Below, in pieces: positions 19,265-25,831 of a stretch of DNA of 64,000 nt (position 1 is its first letter; each line of letters starts with the position of its first letter). Origin of the DNA: SAR86 cluster bacterium SAR86A. GTDB taxonomy: Bacteria; Pseudomonadota; Gammaproteobacteria; Magnimaribacterales; D2472. The stretch covers positions 348,638 through 412,637 of the forward strand of contig JH611157.1 in assembly GCA_000252525.1 (NCBI GenBank), written 5' to 3'. Position numbers and translations under genes: made by a program. The notes under the pieces were generated by a model that was not told the DNA's origin, did not search any database, and worked only from the letters and a program-made list of their open reading frames with translations.

Positions 19265-20078
19265 TATAACTTCAGATCTTAAAGAGTTAAATATTTCTTA
19301 TGACAAAATCAATGTTGTAAGACAAGGAGAAAACTCCGACACTTTTCTAATTACAACTAGCAAAAAAAAATTAATCGCAAAAAAATTTAAGAATCTAAAT
19401 TTTAAGACAATAACAAATACATATTTGAATAAAAAAATTCTTAACCAATTAGTAGATAAAAAATTATTTCCAAAAGTTGTTTATCAATCTGAAGAAAAAG
19501 ATTTTCTTATTTATGAATATGTTGAATCAATTAAAAGTAATAAAGATAAACTTTTTTATAAAAATCTAGGAATGAAGATAAGAGAAATTCACGAGATAAA
19601 GCCCTGCAAAAATAATCTTACTTTTGAACAACAATTAAATTTTTACAAGATGTCGTTAGGAAAAGTAAATAAAGAAAAAGTTTATACAAGGATTGAAGAT
19701 TTATTAAATGATATCAATATTAAAAAATCTAAATTAGTTTTTTCCCATAATGATCTCAATGCAAACAATATTTTATTTAACAAAGATATTTGTATTATTG
19801 ATTATGAATATTCATCACTTAATAATAAATTTTGTGATCTTTCAAAAGTCATATTTGAATTTCAAATGACGGAAGAAGAAATAGAATCCTTGTTGAAAGG
19901 TTATAGAATTAATTTTGACGATGTTACGAAAAAGAAGATTATTTTGTGGCAGAGATTTAATCTATATTTAGATTATATTTGGTCAATAATTATCAGTAGT
20001 AATGAGAACCAACTCACAAAAGAAAATATCGAAAGTTTTTATCTGAATAAATATATAGATTTTGATTTAAAGAATTAA
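19254..20078 (+). CDS. APH/choline-kinase-family phosphotransferase (thiamine kinase-like)
   Basis: A Brenner-type catalytic loop (FSHNDLNANNILF) and the IIDYEYS metal-binding motif are present. The gene overlaps the PnuC gene by 11 nt. The substrate is inferred from operon context. Confidence 0.65.
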   Translation: MMIDITSDLKELNISYDKINVVRQGENSDTFLITTSKKKLIAKKFKNLNFKTITNTYLNKKILNQLVDKKLFPKVVYQSEEKDFLIYEYVESIKSNKDKLFYKNLGMKIREIHEIKPCKNNLTFEQQLNFYKMSLGKVNKEKVYTRIEDLLNDINIKKSKLVFSHNDLNANNILFNKDICIIDYEYSSLNNKFCDLSKVIFEFQMTEEEIESLLKGYRINFDDVTKKKIILWQRFNLYLDYIWSIIISSNENQLTKENIESFYLNKYIDFDLKN

Positions 20079-20149
20079 ATGTAATTAATAGATGATATAA
20101 AGGAAGAAATTTATTTTTAGATGCAGATCTGTAGTTTTTTTGTAAAAAA

Positions 20150-20647
20150 CTAAGCAATCAGAGCAATAAATAGAGATATTATTACAATTGCAATCGGTAT
20201 TATTTTATCTATCTTGACTATTAAATCTTCTTTTTCTGGTATTTTTGGGAGTTTTAAAGAAAAAATTGAATATTTTTCATTATTTGCATCATGATTGTCA
20301 TTTTTTTGATCAATGGGTACATTATGAGATGAATTTAAATTAAAATTCTGCTCATTTTCAATACTTGTACTCATATTTTCCTCCATAGTGCTATAAAAAT
20401 CATTTTTAGCCACAATATTAACATCATTTGATGCTGTTTTTTCTTGTTCAAAGCTTTTGTATTCAAGACTTCTAAGAATTTCATCTCTTTTTTGTATGGC
20501 TTCATTTAAATCTGTGGTTTCTAATGATTTTTTTATGAATTCTTTGCCATAAATAGCCGCTTGCTCTTTAGAAAGTCTCTTTTGAATAAAATAAATATCT
20601 TTATTTTTGCCTCTTAAAACTAAATATTTTTGTTTATTTGTACTCAT
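20150..20647 (-). CDS. Orphan tail-anchored protein with a basic N-terminal domain
   Basis: The 165-aa protein has a Lys/Arg-rich N-terminal ~65 aa (YLVLRGKNKDIYFIQKRL..GKEFIKKSLETTDLNEAIQKRDEIL). A long Asn/Asp/Glu-rich low-complexity middle follows. A single hydrophobic span sits at the extreme C-terminus (IIPIAIVIISLFIALIA). I recognise no homolog with confidence. Confidence 0.5.
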   Translation of the reverse strand: MSTNKQKYLVLRGKNKDIYFIQKRLSKEQAAIYGKEFIKKSLETTDLNEAIQKRDEILRSLEYKSFEQEKTASNDVNIVAKNDFYSTMEENMSTSIENEQNFNLNSSHNVPIDQKNDNHDANNEKYSIFSLKLPKIPEKEDLIVKIDKIIPIAIVIISLFIALIA

Positions 20648-20734
20648 AATGTACTCACAATTTTAATTTATTTACTTTTTTTTTACAATTATTGTACTCA
20701 TAAAACTGTAATTTATACGTATTTGTACTCATAA
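20638..20734. repeat. Four phased copies of TTGTACTCATAA
   Basis: Exact 12-mers lie at 20638-49, 20692-703 and 20723-34. A variant, ATGTACTCACAA, lies at 20649-60. Start-to-start offsets are 11, 43 and 31 bp. Copy 1 contains the ATG (20647-45) of the orphan gene. Confidence 0.75.
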
Positions 20735-20861
20735 ATTCAATTTTTTTTGTATAAAACATAGTTATTATTAACATTAAAGCTGATTTTTATAATTAAAATA
20801 AGTATTGTTTTTAATTTTTTTTGTTTTAACATTGGTTTTCATTTATTAATTGGGGAGTTTA

Positions 20862-22058
20862 ATGAAAATTTTATGTGTTTTATATGATGATCCTATTTCT
20901 GGTATGCCTGAAAGTTATGCTAGAGATGATTTACCAAAATTAGACAAATATCCAGACGGAATGTCTTTACCATCTCCTAGTTCAGTTGATTTTATCCCTG
21001 GACAACTTTTAGGATGTGTTTCGGGTGAATTAGGTTTAAGAAAATTTCTTGAGGATGCAGGCCACACTCTTGTAGTTACAAGTGACAAAGATGGAGAGGG
21101 CTGTACTGCTGATAAAGAATTAGTTGATGCTGATATTGTGATCTCTCAACCATTCTTTCCATACTATCTAACCAGAGAAAAGATGGAATCAGCGCCTAAT
21201 TTAAAAATGGCAATAACAGCGGGTATAGGTTCTGATCATGTTGATTTGCAAGCAGCAATGGATAATAAAGTTGATGTTGTTGAAGTTACTTACTGTAATT
21301 CTAGATCAGTAGCGGAGCACATTGTCATGATGATACTTTCACTGGTAAGAGATTATCATAACCAGCATCAAATTGTTAAAGATGGTGGATGGAATATTGC
21401 AGATGCTGTTCAAAGGTCTTATGACGTTGAGGGTATGCATATTGGAACAGTTGCTGCTGGAAGAATTGGTTTGGATGCCTTAAGAAAAATGAAGCCATTC
21501 GATGTTCACCTTCATTATTTTGACATTCATAAATTGCCTGATGAAGTTGAGGAAGAATTAAATCTTACCTATCACGATTCGGTTGAGTCATTGGTCTCAG
21601 TATGTGATGTGGTAACAATCAACTGTCCTCTTCATCCAAAAACTGAACATTTATTTGATGATGAGATGATTGGTAAAATGAAACGTGGTGCATACATTGT
21701 TAATACAGCTAGAGGTAAAATTTGTGATAAAGACGCTGTTGCCAGAGCATTAGAGTCTGGACAACTAAGCGGATATGCAGGAGATGTATGGTTTCCTCAA
21801 CCGGCACCTAATGATCATGTTTGGAGGACTATGCCACATCATGGCATGACTCCACATACCTCTGGAACATCTTTATCAGCTCAGGCAAGATACGCAGCTG
21901 GAGTAAGAGAGATTTTAGAATGTTTCTTTGAAGGTAAACCAATAAGAGAACCTTATCTTATTGTGCAAAATGGAGATCTAGCTGGAATGGGTGCACATTC
22001 GTACACCAAAGGTACTGCTACAGACGGTTCAGAGGAAGCAGCTAAATTTAAAAAATAA
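20862..22058 (+). CDS. fdh: NAD-dependent formate dehydrogenase
   Basis: It is nearly colinear with Pseudomonas sp. 101 FDH as I recall it: MKILCVLYDDP, GELGLRKFLE, TAGIGSDHVDL, VAEHIVMMILSLVR, GTVAAGRIGL (Rossmann), GDVWFPQPAP and the C-terminal GSEEAAKFKK. I moved the start to ATG 20862, which has GGGGAG 5 nt upstream. The track ORF began at TTG 20850. Confidence 0.93.
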   Translation: MKILCVLYDDPISGMPESYARDDLPKLDKYPDGMSLPSPSSVDFIPGQLLGCVSGELGLRKFLEDAGHTLVVTSDKDGEGCTADKELVDADIVISQPFFPYYLTREKMESAPNLKMAITAGIGSDHVDLQAAMDNKVDVVEVTYCNSRSVAEHIVMMILSLVRDYHNQHQIVKDGGWNIADAVQRSYDVEGMHIGTVAAGRIGLDALRKMKPFDVHLHYFDIHKLPDEVEEELNLTYHDSVESLVSVCDVVTINCPLHPKTEHLFDDEMIGKMKRGAYIVNTARGKICDKDAVARALESGQLSGYAGDVWFPQPAPNDHVWRTMPHHGMTPHTSGTSLSAQARYAAGVREILECFFEGKPIREPYLIVQNGDLAGMGAHSYTKGTATDGSEEAAKFKK

Positions 22059-22069
22059 ATTCAAATTTT

Positions 22070-22110
22070 CTAATCAGGATGAAATAAAAATTTTGTCCTG
22101 ATTAGTTTTA
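22070..22110 (+). terminator. Probable intrinsic terminator after fdh
   Basis: A perfect 10-bp stem pairs CTAATCAGGA (22070-79) with TCCTGATTAG (22096-105). The loop is 16 nt and TTTTA follows. The large loop lowers confidence. Confidence 0.5.
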
Positions 22111-22120
22111 TAATTAATTA

Positions 22121-22390
22121 ATGAAATTATCTTATTGGAAATTAAATCTAATTATTCTAACTTCGTTGTTAACAATCTGGTTTATTGTTTCTTTTGGCTT
22201 TGGCATCATTTGGTCTGACCAGCTCGATAATTTCAGGATTGGTGGGTTTAAGCTAGGTTTCTGGTTTTCTCAACAAGGTAGTATTTATTTCTTCATCTTA
22301 ATAATTTTTATTTATGTGTTGCTAATGAATAAGCTTGATAAAAGATTTTATTCAAAAGAGTCAGATAATAAATCTCAATTAAAAGAATAA
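22121..22390 (+). CDS. DUF4212 small membrane subunit of a sodium:solute symporter
   Basis: The 89-aa protein has two TM segments and the motif FKLGFWFSQQGSIYFFILIIFIYVLLMNKLD, typical of DUF4212. Its stop abuts the ATG of the large subunit. Confidence 0.8.
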   Translation: MKLSYWKLNLIILTSLLTIWFIVSFGFGIIWSDQLDNFRIGGFKLGFWFSQQGSIYFFILIIFIYVLLMNKLDKRFYSKESDNKSQLKE

Positions 22391-24138
22391 TGGAGCTTCA
22401 ATCTCTAACATATTTATTTGTCGGAATTTCTTTTACTTTGTATATAGGCATTGCTATCTGGTCTCGAGCTAGATCAACAAATGATTTTTATATAGCGGGA
22501 AAAGGCGTTAGTCCTGTTGCAAATGGTATGGCAACTGCAGCAGATTGGATGTCTGCGGCTTCATTTATATCTATGGCAGGACTTATTGCTTTCTTAGGCA
22601 AAGACGGTTCAGTTTACCTAATGGGATGGACAGGAGGATATGTCTTATTGGCTCTGCTTTTGGCTCCGTACCTTAGAAAGTTTGGTAAATATACTGTGCC
22701 AGATTTTATTGGAACTAGGTACTATTCAAAAGCAGCAAGATTGGTTGCAATAATTTGTTTAATTTTTATTTCTTTTACTTATGTAGCTGGTCAAATGCGA
22801 GGGGTTGGTATTGTTTTTTCAAGATTTCTTGAAGTAGATATTAATACTGGAGTCATTATTGGTATGCTTATTGTATTTTTTTATGCGGTGCTTGGAGGCA
22901 TGAAAGGCATCACTTATACACAAGTAGCGCAATACTGTGTTCTCATATTTGCATATATGGTTCCTGCAATATTTATTTCTTTACTTATAACTAACAACCC
23001 AATACCTCAACTTGGATTTGGAGATAAATTAATCGGATCATCTACTTATTTGTTAGATAAATTAGATCAATTATCCATTGAGCTTGGTTTTAATGCCTAT
23101 ACAGACAACACTAAAAGTAATATAGATATATTTTTTATAACAGCTGCTTTAATGTTTGGAACGGCTGGCTTACCTCATGTTATTGTAAGATTTTTCACAG
23201 TTCCAAAAGTAAGTGACGCAAGAAAATCTGCAGGATATGCTTTGGTATTTATCGCTTTGTTGTATACAACTGCTCCAGCAGTTGCCGCATTTGCCAAAAT
23301 TAATTTCATAGACTCGGTCCAAAAAGTGGAATACGAGTCGGCACCTGATTGGTTCAAGAATTGGGAGAATATTGGTTTAATTGCTTGGAAAGATAAAAAT
23401 GAAGATGGCCTAATAGATTACTCTTCTGGAAATGCGCTTGAGGGAATTAAGCCAAAATATACAAATGAGCAGGGCAAATATGGCGAGAGAAATGTAGCTA
23501 ACAGGCCAGATGATTCAAATAAAAATGAAGTATATATTGATAACGATATTATGGTTTTGGCAAATCCAGAAATAGCGCAACTTCCAAACTGGGTGATTGC
23601 GTTGGTTGCTGCAGGAGCTCTTGCTGCTGCTTTATCAACAGCAGCTGGCCTACTTTTAGTTATATCAGCTTCAATTTCACATGACCTTATGAAGCAAATG
23701 CTTATGCCAAAAATTACAGAAAAACAGGAGCTATTCTTTGCAAGGTGTGCTGCTGCAGTTGCAATATTTATTGCTGGATTATTTGGTATTTATCCCCCAG
23801 GATTTGTCGCTCAAGTAGTAGCATTTGCCTTTGGTTTAGCTGCCTCAACCATATTTCCAGCTTTATTTCTTGGTATTTTTTATAAGAGGCTTAATAAGGA
23901 AGGGGCCATAGCTGGAATGTTAGCAGGTTTATTAGCAACATCTTCTTACATAATCTATTTTAAATTTCTTAATCCAACAATTAACAATGCTGAATACTGG
24001 ATATTGGGAATATCTCCGGAGGGATTTGGTTTTTTAGGTATGATTTTAAATTTTGGTGTTGCATTAATTGTTTCAAATTTTTATAGTAACCCACCTAAAG
24101 AAATCTATCAGATGATAGATGAAATAAGAAAACCATAA
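22390..24138 (+). CDS. Sodium:solute symporter family permease (VC_2705-like large subunit)
   Basis: The 582-aa protein has about 13-14 TM segments and an SSF-type N-terminus (FYIAGKGVSPVANGMATAADWMSAASFIS). Pairing with DUF4212 is the hallmark of this subfamily. The substrate is unknown. Confidence 0.85.
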   Translation: MELQSLTYLFVGISFTLYIGIAIWSRARSTNDFYIAGKGVSPVANGMATAADWMSAASFISMAGLIAFLGKDGSVYLMGWTGGYVLLALLLAPYLRKFGKYTVPDFIGTRYYSKAARLVAIICLIFISFTYVAGQMRGVGIVFSRFLEVDINTGVIIGMLIVFFYAVLGGMKGITYTQVAQYCVLIFAYMVPAIFISLLITNNPIPQLGFGDKLIGSSTYLLDKLDQLSIELGFNAYTDNTKSNIDIFFITAALMFGTAGLPHVIVRFFTVPKVSDARKSAGYALVFIALLYTTAPAVAAFAKINFIDSVQKVEYESAPDWFKNWENIGLIAWKDKNEDGLIDYSSGNALEGIKPKYTNEQGKYGERNVANRPDDSNKNEVYIDNDIMVLANPEIAQLPNWVIALVAAGALAAALSTAAGLLLVISASISHDLMKQMLMPKITEKQELFFARCAAAVAIFIAGLFGIYPPGFVAQVVAFAFGLAASTIFPALFLGIFYKRLNKEGAIAGMLAGLLATSSYIIYFKFLNPTINNAEYWILGISPEGFGFLGMILNFGVALIVSNFYSNPPKEIYQMIDEIRKP

Positions 24139-24141
24139 TTT

Positions 24142-24864
24142 ATGAAAAAAACAGTTGCCGTAATTGGTTCACGTGGTGCTATTGGAAATGCAGTAGTTGA
24201 TACTTTGCTTGCTGATGAGTCTGTAGAAGCAGTCTTTAAATTTTCTCGAGCTGAGAACACAGAGCATGATGATAAAGTTAAACATATCTTTATTGACATT
24301 GAGGATGAGGAATCAATCAAACAGGCCACTGAAAGTTTACCCGAAGATACTAAATTTGATTTAATTTTTGTAGCAACTGGAATATTGCATGACGAAAAAA
24401 ATGTTTTTCCTGAAAAGAGCATTAAAGATATTAGTTTTGATAAGCTAATTAAAGTTCTAACAATTAATACAATTGGCCCAACTCTTGTTGGCAAGTATTT
24501 TATACCTTACTTAAGAAAAGATTCTAAAAGCACATTCGCCTTCTTGAGCGCAAGGGTTGGAAGTATTTCTGATAATAAATTGGGAGGTTGGTATTCTTAC
24601 CGAGCAAGCAAAACTGCTTTGAATCAGATTATCAGAAATTTTAGTATTGAAGTGGCAAGATCTAACAAAAATGCAATTTTTATTGGCCTTCAACCAGGAA
24701 CGGTTAAAAGTTTTCTCAGTAAGCCTTTCGAAAAAAATGTGAAGTCTGAAAATCTTTTTACTCCAGAATTTAGCGCAAAAAAAATGCTAGAAGTTATTGA
24801 GAAGCTTGACTCAAGTGATTCAGGAAAAGTATTTGCTTGGGACGGTGAAGAAATAAATCCATAA
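24142..24864 (+). CDS. Short-chain dehydrogenase/reductase
   Basis: A Rossmann motif (VIGSRGAIGNA) and a catalytic YxxxK (YSYRASKTALN) are present. Length is 240 aa. Confidence 0.8.
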   Translation: MKKTVAVIGSRGAIGNAVVDTLLADESVEAVFKFSRAENTEHDDKVKHIFIDIEDEESIKQATESLPEDTKFDLIFVATGILHDEKNVFPEKSIKDISFDKLIKVLTINTIGPTLVGKYFIPYLRKDSKSTFAFLSARVGSISDNKLGGWYSYRASKTALNQIIRNFSIEVARSNKNAIFIGLQPGTVKSFLSKPFEKNVKSENLFTPEFSAKKMLEVIEKLDSSDSGKVFAWDGEEINP

Positions 24865-24890
24865 AAAAACCCAGCATAAGCTGGGTTTTT
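24865..24890. terminator. Bidirectional intrinsic terminator between the SDR and proteorhodopsin genes
   Basis: AAAAACCCAGC-ATAA-GCTGGGTTTTT forms a perfect 11-bp palindrome. The GC core has an A-run on one side and a T-run on the other, so it reads as hairpin plus U-tract on both strands. Confidence 0.75.
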
Positions 24891-24905
24891 ATGAATAAAG
24901 TTATA

Positions 24906-25634
24906 TTATTCTGAGTCGCTTACAGCAGCTACATAAATAGCTAAACCAAATGCAATTTTGTTAAGAAAATCTGCAAGGTTGTAAATTAAGTTAGCTTGTG
25001 CCATATCTCCGCCACCCATAGCGCCTAGCCAGTATCCCAAAGGATAAATAGCCCAACCGACGGTTACGATCCATCTAATTGTGTTAAATGCGCTTTGTGC
25101 TGCAGCATTACCGCTAGAAGCATTAAGTTGTCCAGCTTCACCAGAGAACACTTCATAGATAATGTATAACCAAGCTACTGTTGCAATAAGACCCATCACT
25201 GTTGCATTACCACCAGTTTCACCAACGAAACCAAAGATAAGCATTACTAGTGATGCTACTAATAGTCTCCAGAAAACTCCAGAGCTTACATTTGTGCACA
25301 CTTTAAGTATTAAGTAGAACTCAATAATTTGAAGTGGGACTGTGATTAACCAGTCAATATATCTGTATACAGTAGGTGATGATCCAGTCTCAACCCAAAC
25401 ACCTCTCATGTAGAGATAATGCCAGGCAGCCACACCAGTAACTAAACCAGCTACTGATAATGATGTCTTCCATTTTCCATGAACTCTGTCTCTTTCTGCA
25501 AAGAAAAATACAGTAGCAGCAAGCATTGCGGCTGTTACCAGCCAGAATGATACTCCTGTCATGTCACTTGTCTGCAAATCTGCAGCAAATGCTGGAAGTG
25601 CAACTGCACCAACCATCATTAATAAAAATTTCAT
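24906..25634 (-). CDS. Proteorhodopsin, blue-absorbing type (Gln at the position-105 tuning site)
   Basis: It has a signal peptide and seven TM segments. The motif RYIDWLITVPLQIIEFYL supplies the Asp97 acceptor, Gln105 and the Glu108 donor. WHYLYMRG supplies His75, and the retinal lysine lies in NLADFLNKIAFG. Numbering follows alignment to the eBAC31A08 proteorhodopsin as I recall it. Confidence 0.95.
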   Translation of the reverse strand: MKFLLMMVGAVALPAFAADLQTSDMTGVSFWLVTAAMLAATVFFFAERDRVHGKWKTSLSVAGLVTGVAAWHYLYMRGVWVETGSSPTVYRYIDWLITVPLQIIEFYLILKVCTNVSSGVFWRLLVASLVMLIFGFVGETGGNATVMGLIATVAWLYIIYEVFSGEAGQLNASSGNAAAQSAFNTIRWIVTVGWAIYPLGYWLGAMGGGDMAQANLIYNLADFLNKIAFGLAIYVAAVSDSE

Positions 25635-25657
25635 ATATAACTCCTTATAAGTAGTTA

Positions 25658-25675
25658 GGAGTATAAAAATACTCC
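25658..25675 (-). other. 5'-UTR hairpin of the proteorhodopsin mRNA carrying an anti-SD-like arm
   Basis: The minus-strand RNA reads GGGGG-GGAGUA-UUUUUA-UACUCC, then 13 nt, then AAGGAGU, then 6 nt, then AUG. The UACUCC arm could pair with either GGAGU copy. Confidence 0.4.
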
Positions 25676-25697
25676 CCCCCGTTAATATACAAGAACC

Positions 25698-25726
25698 TAT
25701 AATACCAAAATCTCAAAAGGTAGCAA
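25698..25726 (-). promoter_or_regulatory. Candidate sigma70 promoter of proteorhodopsin
   Basis: On the minus strand, TTGCTA (25726-21) is followed by a 16-nt spacer and TGgTATTAT, an extended -10 element ending at 25699. This predicts a 5' UTR of about 55-60 nt. Confidence 0.35.
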
Positions 25727-25831
25727 ATTTAGATGTATTTATTATAAACAAGCTTTATTTGACATTATCTGGGTAGCTTATCAGTGAAATAACACAAAAA
25801 TCCTATGCTAATATATTTGCTAAGGGTAAAT

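Noticed and set aside
20132-20152. A hairpin, TAGTTTTTT-TGT-AAAAAACTA, between the kinase gene and the orphan gene, considered as a bidirectional terminator.
   Set aside because: The 9-bp stem has a single G-C pair and a 3-nt loop, and it overlaps the orphan gene stop codon. It is too weak to call in DNA this AT-rich.
22109-22121. A TATAAT 6 nt upstream of the DUF4212 ATG, suggesting a leaderless mRNA.
   Set aside because: No acceptable -35 lies at the correct spacing. A TATAAT by chance is likely in this DNA, and it overlaps the tail of the fdh terminator.
24108-24494. Long antisense ORFs of 100-128 aa. This one is opposite the SDR gene. Similar ones lie at 35110-35496 opposite pfp, 52474-52806 opposite the ABC ATPase, 55261-55608 opposite ilvD, 32140-32448 and 33739-34041 opposite parC, and 43340-43636 opposite PBP5.
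   Set aside because: All lie entirely inside confidently identified genes on the other strand. They have Ser/Leu/Pro/Ile-biased mirror composition and carry no recognisable motifs.
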